Part shown: positions 34,825 to 43,579 of the stretch, in pieces
Numbering within the stretch: position 1 is the stretch's first letter
Layout of the letters: the number at the start of each line of letters is the position of its first letter
Assembly: GCA_963797555.1 (NCBI GenBank)
Contig: CAWCPV010000018.1
Span: forward strand, 10,509 to 74,508
Origin: an uncultured Gammaproteobacteria bacterium
GTDB lineage: Bacteria; Pseudomonadota; Gammaproteobacteria; CAWCPV01
Length of the DNA: 64,000 bases
Direction of reading: 5' to 3'
Program-made: the position numbers and the translations under genes
Notes under the pieces: generated by a model
Told to the model about the DNA's origin: nothing
Database searches by the model: none
What the model saw: the letters and a program-made list of their open reading frames with translations, nothing else

Positions 34825-34881
34825 GCGGTTCAGTTCAACACATTTTATCCATCATGCTGCCGCACGACGGATAAAATGCTA
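34825..34881. repeat. Right 57-bp terminal inverted repeat, followed by core site GTTAGCT (34885..34891)
   Basis: Exact reverse complement of the left repeat. Confidence 0.95.
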
Positions 34882-34915
34882 GTCGTTAGCTGCAGAAAGT
34901 ATATCGAGGTAACAC

Positions 34916-35614
34916 ATGACGCACCATGAAGTACATAGATCACATCGCGTAGGTTGGCTGCGCGCCGCTGTTTTGGGTGCAAATGACGGCATTGTGTCTA
35001 CAGCGAGTCTTATTATTGGTGTTGCCGCTGCAAGTACCACACAAGCAAGCATTCTTCTTGCCGGCGTTGCTGGATTGGTAGCAGGAGCCATGTCTATGGC
35101 GGCTGGTGAGTATGTGTCCGTCAGTTCTCAGTCCGATACAGAGAATGCGGATCTGGCACTCGAAACGACGTCATTAGAGAACGATATAGAATTCGAAAAA
35201 GATGAGCTCGCAAAAATATACCAAAACAGGGGCCTTGAGCTTGTTTTAGCAAAACAAGTTGCTGAACAGCTAATGGCTAACGACGCGTTAGGGGCGCACG
35301 CTCGAGATGAAATTGGTATATCGGAGAGTGTCAGTGCCCGGCCAGTTCAAGCAGCTTTTTATTCAGCCGGTACATTTACAGTCGGTGCCGCACTACCTTT
35401 AATAGTGGCATGGGCCACACCAGGTAACTATTTAATATCAGCAGTTGCAGCTTCGTCTCTTGTATTTCTAGCACTACTTGGTGGGGTTGCTGCACGTGTG
35501 GGTGGCGCTCCAATTACTGTCGGCGCAATCAGAGTGACTTTTTGGGGTGCGCTAGCTATGGGTTTAACCGGTTTAACCGCAGTAGTAGGTCGTATATTTG
35601 ATGCGGTTGCATGA
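34916..35614 (+). CDS. VIT1/CCC1-family Fe/Mn transporter, cassette gene
   Basis: GWLRAAVLGANDGIVS, AGAMSMAAGEYVSV; visibly AT-richer than the flanks; bounded by GTTAGCT and AGCTAAC. Confidence 0.92.
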   Translation: MTHHEVHRSHRVGWLRAAVLGANDGIVSTASLIIGVAAASTTQASILLAGVAGLVAGAMSMAAGEYVSVSSQSDTENADLALETTSLENDIEFEKDELAKIYQNRGLELVLAKQVAEQLMANDALGAHARDEIGISESVSARPVQAAFYSAGTFTVGAALPLIVAWATPGNYLISAVAASSLVFLALLGGVAARVGGAPITVGAIRVTFWGALAMGLTGLTAVVGRIFDAVA

Positions 35615-35651
35615 TGAGGCATTTATCGATTGTGCGCACGTCATTAAATAC

Positions 35652-35711
35652 AGCTAACAATTGGGTAAAGTTGGCGCCAAAAACCGGCCCGACTTACCCA
35701 GAACGTTAGAG
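35652..35711 (+). other. attC site (60 bp)
   Basis: AGCTAAC..TGGGTAAAGT...ACTTACCCA..GTTAGAG; R'' complements the upstream core GTTAGCT; paired L boxes with an extra base. Confidence 0.85.
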
Positions 35712-35738
35712 CGCACCAATCCTCCCTATTTGCAAACT

Positions 35739-36342
35739 ATGAGCGACGAATACCAACACCCCGCTTTTCAACCACCGCCCCACCCGGATGTTGTTCTATG
35801 GCGATACATGGGTTTCGAGAAGTTCGACTGGCCAGTGAAGAATCAAAGATTGTTTATGCCATCTGCCCAGTTCTTAGGTGATCCACTCGAAGGGGTGGCA
35901 CCAGCCGGCCATATAGAATGGTGGATGGATCTTGCCGAAAATGCTGAGTCCGAGGTAAAGCGTGAAATTATCGAAAACAATCGTAAAAAGCTATCCGCGT
36001 TTGCAGAGGCCTTTCGTCCCAATTATTACGTGAGCTGTTGGCATATGAATGCCGTTGAGAGTTCGAAGATGTGGTGTGCTTACACTGAATCATCCGAGGC
36101 AGTTGCAGTAACAACCACCTATCGTGTGCTGCGGGAAGCTCTTCCGAAATATGTTGAAATTGGCATGGTCCGTTATATAGATTACGCAAATGAGAAACTT
36201 CCGTCATTGAATATGTTCGAGTACATCACGCATAAGAACATCAACTTTTGCTTTGAGCGCGAATTGCGCGCTGTTGCCTTTCCTCCCGCCATTGAAGAGC
36301 TAGGTGCAGGGCATTTCCAAGAACATCACTTTGAAGGGGCTA
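35739..36342 (+). pseudogene. DUF2971-like cassette gene, 3'-truncated
   Basis: LWRYM.FEKF, YVSCWH...ES..MW..Y, K...F.FERELRA; cut at the RAYT-element repeat. Confidence 0.6.
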
Positions 36343-38273
36343 AAAGGGGCCAGGGTCGAATTATTTTGCTATGATACTAATCCTTTCTTAAGTAAGGCCA
36401 TATCAGACAGCGTAGCAGCAATGCGGATGCATGAAAAAGCCTTTGACGATTTCTGGCAGCTTCTGGAGCCGGCGCAAAGCACCGAGGAGTTTGCTCTTGA
36501 GATCCTCTTTGCTTTCCACCCGGCGCTTGGCGACGCGGGCTTTCACATGCCCCCAAACCTGTTCGTCGGGATTGAGTTGGGGCGAGTACGGGGGGAGGAA
36601 GAACAGCTTAAGGCGCCCGTTCTGTTCGCCGATGAAGTCCTGGATCAATCGTGCCTTGTGGATGGGATGGCCATCGACGATGAGGAAGACCGGCCGGGTG
36701 GCGCCCACCAGCAGGCGCTTGAGGAATTCCTTGAACACCGCGGCGGTCACCGTCCCCTCGTGCACCATGAAGCGCAAGCCCCCGCGGGCGCTCACCGCCG
36801 AGAGCATGGCGAGCGAGAACCGCGCCCCGGTCACCGCGACCACCGGGGTCTTGCCCATCGGCGCCCAAGTGGTGCCGGCGTGGTAGTCGGAGCGCATCCC
36901 CGACTCATCCCCAAAGTAGATGGTCGCCCCCACGCGCTTGGCCTCGGCCTGGATGGCGGGAAATTGCTCTTTCTGCCAGCGCTCGACCAGCACCGGATCG
37001 CGCTGCCAGGCACGGTAGAGCGGCTTCTGGGCAGTGAATCCCAGCACCCGCATCACCCGCCTGACGGCGGAGTCCGAAAGGCGCTTGTTGAACCGCCGCT
37101 CGATCAACCTGCCGATGAGCGGCAGGGTCCACAGCGCAAACTCGAATCGGAACTGCTGCGGCGTGTGCTCGCGCACCGCCCCCGCCAGCCAGCGCATCTC
37201 CTCGGCGCCAAGCAGCGGCGGGCGGCCCGGGATCGGCTTGGCCAACAGCGCGTTCTGTCCCCCCGAGGCAAATGCCGAGAGCCAGCGAAACACGGTGCGA
37301 ATGTTCAACCCGAAGGCCTGCGCTACGCTCTGTACCGTCTGTCCGTGACGCACCGCTTTCACGGCTTGCTGGCGCAGCACCTGCAGGCTCCTATGATCGA
37401 GCTTGCGCCCGTCCGATTCGCGCTTGCATTTCATGCCCCCATTGTACCAACATATGGCTTTACTTAAAATGGACTTAGTAAGTCCATTGCCCCGCCGCCC
37501 CCGCATCCATCTTGATCGCGTACCGCTGCACATCGTGCAACGCGGGCACAACCGCCAACCGTGCTTCTTTGGCGAAGAAGATTATCAGGCATACCTCCAC
37601 TGGTTGGGCGAAGCGTTGAAGAAAGAGCAATGCGCGCTTCACGCCTACGCGTTGATGACCAACCACGTCCACCTGCTTCTGACGCCGGAACATGCCCAAG
37701 CGGTTCCCCGGCTAATCATTGCCTTGGGGCGGCGCTACGTGCAGTATATCAACACCACCTACCGCCGGACCGGCACCTTGTGGGATAGCCTGGGATAGCC
37801 GTTACAAATCCTCGCTGATCCAAGCCGAAACCTACTTGCTTGCCTGCCAGCGATACATCGAGCTCAACCCCGTACGGGCGGCCATGGTGGATGATCCTGC
37901 GCATTACCGCTGGACGAGCTACCGTCACAACGCCCTGGGGCAGGTCAACCCTTGCCTTACCCCCCATCCTCTGTATCTGTCGCTGGGCAGGGATGCGAAG
38001 GAAAGGCAAGCTGCCTACCGGAGCCTGTTCCGGGCGCAACTGGACCAAGAAGCGGTCAACGACCTACGGCTGGCGCTCAATCAGAATCAGCCTTTGGGCA
38101 ATGCACGGTTTTATGCCAACATTGAGGCAGCGACCGGCCAACGGCGGGAGCCGAAGCCGCGAGGCAGGCCACGTGCCAGGCGAGACGACTCCGCCGCGCA
38201 TGACCCAGGTCAGGGAGAGCTGGCGGTATGAATCCAGCTTTATGCAGCAGAAATATGCGAGCCTGGCCCCTTT
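36343..38273 (+). mobile_element. RAYT (Y1 HUH) transposase element with terminal inverted repeats
   Basis: AAAGGGGCCAGGGTCGAATTATTT / AAATATGCGAGCCTGGCCCCTTT; gene 37487..38231 with HIVQRGHNR, MTNHVHLL, YIELNPVRA, WTSY; frameshifted at 37781. Confidence 0.78.
36389..37466 (-). mobile_element. IS630-family IS (transposase 36403..37434)
   Basis: IR TAAGTAA(G/A)GCCATAT; TA target; FGDES, IVDGHPIH, LPPYSPQLNPDE. Confidence 0.93.
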
Positions 38274-38304
38274 AATCGCTGTTCACATCACCTTGGAGAT
38301 CGTC

Positions 38305-38682
38305 ATGAAATATCTGCTTGTTCTCGCAACTCTTGTGGCAAGCGGTACGGCATCAGCTGCGAGGCTGCCGTGCTCAATCCACGCCAAGACGGGCGCTTCC
38401 GCAGCCACGCTCCAGAGCCTTAGCAAAATATCGATCGAACAAGCACGGGCAACTGCTCTCTCCGCCGTCGGTGCACAATCGACGGCGGTGGCCGAGGGGG
38501 AGCTTGAAGCCGAGCACGGTTGTCTTGTCTACTCGTTCGACATCCGTCTCTCTCCTCAGGCTACTGGGGTAGAGGAGGTCATGGTCGATGCTGGTAACGG
38601 CAAGGTGTTGTCGCATAAGCATGAAACACCGCAGCAAGAAGCCACTGAGAAAGCTAAGGATGCAGCTGCTAGTCACAAGTAG
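38305..38682 (+). CDS. Exported PepSY-domain protein, cassette gene
   Basis: Signal peptide; KISIEQA...AL, ELE.EHG.LVYSFDI, EV.VDAGNGKVL. Confidence 0.85.
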   Translation: MKYLLVLATLVASGTASAARLPCSIHAKTGASAATLQSLSKISIEQARATALSAVGAQSTAVAEGELEAEHGCLVYSFDIRLSPQATGVEEVMVDAGNGKVLSHKHETPQQEATEKAKDAAASHK

Positions 38683-38710
38683 TCACTGCAATTAGGTAAG
38701 CGACGTTGCC

Positions 38711-38806
38711 GCCCAACCCTGCGCTCCAGCCGACGGGCACGCCTTCGGCGTGCATTCCCTCACAACGCTGCGCGTTGTTCGGCGCGGCTGAGCTTGATCG
38801 TTCGGC
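38711..38806 (+). other. attC site (96 bp)
   Basis: GCCCAAC CCTGC GCTCCAGCCG ... CGGCTGAGC TTGATC GTTCGGC. Confidence 0.8.
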
Positions 38807-39069
38807 GGGAATGGCTCGTCGACGTTTCGCACGGGCGTGGGGCCCTGTTTTATTCATCCAGGAGGTTCGGGACCATGCGTCAAATAAATTGATTGCGACC
38901 TGCCTTGCGACAATCCTTTTCGTGGGCCAGCAGGCGATTGCGGCTGACCAGGCACAGAAGGCGGACGCTGCTGATACATGCGGAATGGGGTCAGACACGA
39001 TTGGGTAGTCAACGACACTGCCGGTTTTCCAAGTCCTAGTCGAAAACGTCAATGACGGAGGTCTACCAA

Positions 39070-39507
39070 ATGTCACGGGTAAGCACCTATCTGAACTTTT
39101 CTCGCTCCACGGAACAAGCGTTCGTCTTCTACCGATCCATCTTCGGAGGCGAGTTCACTGGTCCCGTTCACCGATTCAGCGAAGTCCCCGCAGCGCCCGG
39201 GCAGCCACCGTTGGCCGAGTCGGACAAGAACCTCGTAGTGCACGTCGAACTTCCAATCCTGGGCGGCCACGTACTGATGGGAACTGACGCCCCAGAGTCC
39301 ATGGGCTTCTCGTTGACACCGGGCAACAACGTCTACATCAACCTCGAGCCCGATACCCGCGTAGAGACCGACAGACTCTTCAATGCCCTATCGGTCAACG
39401 GGAAAGTCGAGATGCCCCTGCAGGACATGTTCTGGGGCGCCTACTTCGGCAGCCTTACCGATCAGTTCGGGATCCGCTGGATGTTTAACTGCAGCGCCAA
39501 GACCTGA
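39070..39507 (+). CDS. VOC/PhnB-family protein, cassette gene
   Basis: YLNF...EQAF.FY..IFGGE, V.MPLQDMFWGAYFG.LTDQFGIRWM. Confidence 0.88.
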   Translation: MSRVSTYLNFSRSTEQAFVFYRSIFGGEFTGPVHRFSEVPAAPGQPPLAESDKNLVVHVELPILGGHVLMGTDAPESMGFSLTPGNNVYINLEPDTRVETDRLFNALSVNGKVEMPLQDMFWGAYFGSLTDQFGIRWMFNCSAKT

Positions 39508-39529
39508 GTATCCCGCATCCCGAATGACG

Positions 39530-39555
39530 GCCTAACCCCCTCGGTCAAGCCCACG
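39530..39555 (+). other. Truncated attC marking the end of the array
   Basis: GCCTAAC CCCCT CGGTCAAGC with no downstream L'/R'. Confidence 0.55.
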
Positions 39556-39827
39556 TAGGATGCGGTGAACGAAGTGAACTGCATCGCTCGCGGAAAGAGC
39601 CGGACGAGAGAAGGTGATCGCGAACCGGATACCGCCGTACATGGCTTTCCTGGAGCCACACGGCAACCCGACACCGTCCTTCTGCAGGAGGGGGAGCGAC
39701 TCCGAGATGGTAGAGGGTCGCGTCGTCCTCGTGGTCCAACGGCCGGCCGGTGTACGCGGCGCTCTTGCAGTGAAGCGCGAACTGTCCCGCTTGTGCCTCG
39801 GGGGGCCGACAAGAGGATATACGATCG

Positions 39828-40292
39828 TTACGGCGGGGGTTCTAGGGCGAGGATATACTCCCAATGGGCATCGCTCACTGGCATCACCGACAGCCGGTTG
39901 CCGCGGCGCACCAGTGAAAGCTCGGCAAACTCGGGCCGGTTTTTCAGTTCGACAAGCGGGATGAGCCGCGCTAGTCGGCGCACGAAGCGCATGTCGACCA
40001 CGACCCAGCGGGGGTTGTCGGGGCCGCTCTTGGGATCGTAGTAGCGGTGTTCCGGGTCGGAGGCGGTGGGGTCTGGGTAGGCCTCGCGTGCTACCTCCAT
40101 GATGCCGACGATGCCAGGGGTCTCGCAGTTGGAGTGATAAAAGAAAGACTGGTCTCCCCGCCTCATGGCGCGCAGGTAATTGCGCGCCTGGTAGTTGCGT
40201 ACGCCGTCCCACGGGGTGGTCTGCCTCGGCTGGCGTTCGAGGTCGTCGATTCCGAATACGGTGGGCTCCGACTTCGTCAGCCAGTGGTGCAA
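39828..40292 (-). CDS. EVE domain protein
   Basis: HWL.KSEP..FGIDDL, WDGVRNYQARN, FFYHSNC, RLSVMPV. Confidence 0.9.
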   Translation of the reverse strand: MHHWLTKSEPTVFGIDDLERQPRQTTPWDGVRNYQARNYLRAMRRGDQSFFYHSNCETPGIVGIMEVAREAYPDPTASDPEHRYYDPKSGPDNPRWVVVDMRFVRRLARLIPLVELKNRPEFAELSLVRRGNRLSVMPVSDAHWEYILALEPPP

Positions 40293-40337
40293 CTCTGCGT
40301 CTCCGTCCGTCCAGCGCGGTGCCGCCGGGACCACGCC

Positions 40338-40931
40338 CTAGGTGCCGGGTTGGTGAAAACGCTCCTCGGTGATCACCCCTTGCAAGGCGATGTCCCAAGG
40401 CCGCACAGGCAGACTCGGGACCTCCTGGAAGGCGTAGGCCAGGCCGATTACGCGGGGGCGCCGCCAGTGCCTGCGCCGAGCCAGGAAGGCCAGCGTCCGG
40501 TCGTAGAATCCTCCGCCACTGCCCAGACGATTACCACATGAGTCAAAAGCCAGCAGCGGGGCCATGATGAGGTCCAGTTGCGATGCCCGCCGCATCAGGC
40601 GCAGCGGCCTGTCGGGCTCCGGGATGCCAAAGCGGTTGGGACGGAGCCGCTCTCCTGGTTCATAGGGGGCGAACCATAGGTGGTAGCTGTCCAACGAGTG
40701 CAGCACTGGCAGGTAAACGGCCTTGCCCATCCGCCAGGCACGGCGCACCACGGGCGTCGGGTCCATCTCCCCTCGATGTGAGATGTAACAGCCGATAGCC
40801 TTGCTGCGGCGGAACAGGGCGGTGCGAACGAACACCCACGCCGCGCGCTCGGCCAGTCGGGCGCGTTGCCAAGGGGGCAGGTGACTACGTCTGGCCCGAA
40901 TCTGCGCCCGGAGCCGGGGGCGTGGATCCAT
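40338..40931 (-). CDS. fau: 5-formyltetrahydrofolate cyclo-ligase
   Basis: NRFGIPEP, PLLAFD..GNRLG.GGGFYDRTL, WDI.L..VITE; lies downstream of 6S RNA as expected. Confidence 0.92.
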   Translation of the reverse strand: MDPRPRLRAQIRARRSHLPPWQRARLAERAAWVFVRTALFRRSKAIGCYISHRGEMDPTPVVRRAWRMGKAVYLPVLHSLDSYHLWFAPYEPGERLRPNRFGIPEPDRPLRLMRRASQLDLIMAPLLAFDSCGNRLGSGGGFYDRTLAFLARRRHWRRPRVIGLAYAFQEVPSLPVRPWDIALQGVITEERFHQPGT

Positions 40932-40942
40932 TTACGGGTGAG

Positions 40943-41123
40943 GCATCCCCCGCCTGTGCCGTGACGCACCTTCGCCCTTGAACCAGAGGTTCAGGTGGGG
41001 ACCACAGCAACGTCTAAGGCTTCCCGCAACGCGGACATGCACACTAACGTCAGCATCAGGCCCCCAAGGCGCAGAGTTAGGCTCAAGAACACTCGTGATG
41101 CGTCTCGAACACCGCAGGGGACA
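40943..41123 (-). ncRNA. ssrS: 6S RNA
   Basis: Lies between zapA and fau; GTCCCCTGCGGTGTTCG...CTTGAGCC...GAAGCC...CTGAACC..GGTTCAAGGGC...GCGGGGGATGCC with a paired closing stem. Confidence 0.88.
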
Positions 41124-41125
41124 CC

Positions 41126-41446
41126 TCATAGTATATTCTCTGTCGGGCGCTCGTGACTGAGCGCTGCATCGATTTTTTCTTGCAGGACCTGGATCTGCCG
41201 GCTGACCAACTTTGCCTGATCCTCGCTCTGAATCTTGAAGCGCAACAGGTCATGGGCGATGTTCAGGGCCGCCATGATGGCAATGCGCTCAGCGCCGATG
41301 ACCTTGCCGCGATCACGAATCTCGCGCATCTTGGCGTCCAGATAATTGGCAGCGCCAAGCAGGTTCTGCCGCTCGCTCGGCGCGCACGAGACCCCATACT
41401 CCTTGCCGAGCAGAAGGATGCTCACGACATCAACGTCCTGTTCCAC
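41126..41446 (-). CDS. zapA: Cell division protein ZapA
   Basis: LGKEY.VSC...E...L..AA.YLD.KMREIR..GKVIGAERIAIMAALNIAH. Confidence 0.9.
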   Translation of the reverse strand: MEQDVDVVSILLLGKEYGVSCAPSERQNLLGAANYLDAKMREIRDRGKVIGAERIAIMAALNIAHDLLRFKIQSEDQAKLVSRQIQVLQEKIDAALSHERPTENIL

Positions 41447-41451
41447 GCCGC

Positions 41452-41673
41452 TTACTCCATGGCCTTGAGACGGGAGATCATGGCTTCTACCCGAGACTGC
41501 ACCTGGGCATTCTTCTCGAACAAGGTAGCTCGCTCCGCCGCCAGAGCCGTAAGCTGCTTGCGCAGCAGGCGATTCTCCTCGCATACCTGCTCCCAGGATC
41601 GCACCAGTTCGTCCAAGCCGACCGAGAGCGTTTGAAGCCTATTCACCGCATTGTCTACATTTTCCCCGGGCAT
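41452..41673 (-). CDS. TIGR02449 / ZapB-like coiled-coil protein
   Basis: EENRLLR...ERA.L.EKN......VEAMISRLKAME; upstream of zapA. Confidence 0.85.
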   Translation of the reverse strand: MPGENVDNAVNRLQTLSVGLDELVRSWEQVCEENRLLRKQLTALAAERATLFEKNAQVQSRVEAMISRLKAME

Positions 41674-42030
41674 CGCGACTCCCAAGGTGCTCAGCCCCGT
41701 TCACGGGCAAACCGAAGATCCGCGTTCCAGCGCATTTGCGAAGAATGATAGCATAGGTTCTCGGAGCGCAGACAGAATGGCACAACCGTGCCAGGCGGCT
41801 GCTCTGCTGGCAGGACACCCTGGGGGAGGGTCATGAGAGATTAAGCTTGGCGCCAGGCGCGCTCCGGAGCGTTTTATGACACACTGCTTGCCGAATTCCA
41901 ACGTGTGGGACGCTGCGGAGGTGATGCCGATGTCTGTGTCAGGCCGCGCCGATCGCGCTCGTCCGGTTCCGCCGGCCGGCGGCTCCTGGCGAGCGCGTGA
42001 CCCATCAGCGACTCCGGGGGAGCGGATGTG

Positions 42031-42173
42031 AGAGCTTGTGAATAAATCTGCTGCGCGTCCCGATAGCCGCGTTGCGCGGTGCTCGCTCCTCGCCTATCTA
42101 CTTGATATGTCTCGTCGCTGCGCTCCGTGCGCCTTGCTCTCGGGCCGCTCGCGACGATTTCTTCACAAGCTCT
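42031..42173. repeat. ~143-bp palindromic MITE-like element
   Basis: Terminal IR AGAGCTTGTGAA / TTCACAAGCTCT with extended internal complementarity. Confidence 0.7.
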
Positions 42174-42184
42174 GAGTCCCGCAG

Positions 42185-43579
42185 ATGAGTGTTCCCCACC
42201 CTGTGCCGTCCGAGAATCCTTCGATGGATAAGAGAGAGTTTGCGAGGCGCCGACGACGCCTCATGCAATCGATGCGCAGCGGCATTGCTGTCCTGCCCAG
42301 CGCGCCGGTGTGTATGCGCAATCGCGATATCGAGTACCCGTATCGCCAGGACAGCGACTTCCACTACCTGACCGGGTTCCCCGAGCCGGAAGCGCTCATG
42401 GTGCTGATCCCCGGGCGCCCGGAGGGCGAATTTCTGCTCTTCTGCCGCGAGCGGGACTCGGAAAAGGAAGTCTGGACAGGGCGTCGGGCCGGCCTCGAGG
42501 GGGCTCGCAAGCTCTACGGGGCCGACGACGCATTCCCCATCGACGCCCTCGACGACATCCTTCCCGGACTTCTGGAAGATCGGGAGCGGGTCTACTACAC
42601 CCTGGGCCGTCACGCCGACATCGACCAGCGCTTGATCGGCTGGGTGAATCAGGTACGGGCCAAGATTCGCGCGGGCATCCAGGCACCCGTGGAATTCATC
42701 TCCGTGGACCCGTTTCTGCACGAGCTGCGTCTGTTCAAGAGTCCGGCAGAGATCAAGGCCATGCGTTACGCCGCGCAGGTCTCCGCCGGGGCGCACCGGC
42801 GGGCGATGGTGGTCTGCCGTCCCGGGATGACTGAGGCCGACCTGGAGGCCGTGCTGCTTCATGAGTTTATAACCCACGGCTGCCGGTTCCCGGCCTATCC
42901 TCCGATCGTCGGCAGCGGCGGCAACGGCTGCATCCTGCATTACACCGATAACAGCGACCGGCTGCGGGCGGGGGACTTGGTGCTAATCGATGCGGGTGCC
43001 GAGTTCGAGCACTACGCAGCGGACATCACCCGGACGTACCCTGTCAGTGGCTGCTTCTCCCGGGCCCAGCGCGCCATCTACGCGGTCGTCCTGGCGGCTC
43101 AGCTTGCGGCCATGGACAAAGTGCGGCCAGGGAACCACTGGAACGAGCCCCATGACGCCGCGGTGCGCGTGCTCACCGAGGGGATGGCCGAGTTGGGCCT
43201 ACTGAAAGGTAAGGCCGAGAAGCTCGTCGCCGAGGAGGCATATCGCCGTTTCTACATGCATCGCACGGGCCATTGGCTCGGCATGGATGTTCATGACGTC
43301 GGTGACTACAAAGTAGGCGGCCAATGGCGGCTGCTCGAGCCTGGCATGGTGCTGACCGTGGAGCCTGGCCTCTACGTGCCCTCCGGGTCTGAAGGCGTGG
43401 CGCGAAAGTGGTGGAATATCGGCGTGCGCATCGAGGACGACGTGCTCGTGACCGAGCAGGGTCACGAGGTGCTATCGGCCGCCGTGCCCAAGGACGCCGA
43501 CGAGATCGAGGCGCTGATGGCGCGGGCGGGTTCGTCGCCCGAGACGCGGGAGCGCCGAAGGGCCGGAGTCCATGCCTGA
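42185..43579 (+). CDS. pepP: Xaa-Pro aminopeptidase
   Basis: YRQDSDF.YLTGF.EP, DAGAE...YAADITRT, HRTGHWLGMDVHD, TVEPGLY, GVRIEDD. Confidence 0.95.
   Translation: MSVPHPVPSENPSMDKREFARRRRRLMQSMRSGIAVLPSAPVCMRNRDIEYPYRQDSDFHYLTGFPEPEALMVLIPGRPEGEFLLFCRERDSEKEVWTGRRAGLEGARKLYGADDAFPIDALDDILPGLLEDRERVYYTLGRHADIDQRLIGWVNQVRAKIRAGIQAPVEFISVDPFLHELRLFKSPAEIKAMRYAAQVSAGAHRRAMVVCRPGMTEADLEAVLLHEFITHGCRFPAYPPIVGSGGNGCILHYTDNSDRLRAGDLVLIDAGAEFEHYAADITRTYPVSGCFSRAQRAIYAVVLAAQLAAMDKVRPGNHWNEPHDAAVRVLTEGMAELGLLKGKAEKLVAEEAYRRFYMHRTGHWLGMDVHDVGDYKVGGQWRLLEPGMVLTVEPGLYVPSGSEGVARKWWNIGVRIEDDVLVTEQGHEVLSAAVPKDADEIEALMARAGSSPETRERRRAGVHA

Larger units (their letters stand above)
32441..34881 (-). mobile_element. 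Two-gene IS91-like element (tyrosine recombinase + Y2 transposase) bounded by perfect 57-bp inverted repeats
   Basis: 32441..32497 is the exact reverse complement of 34825..34881; both genes lie between them. Confidence 0.85.
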
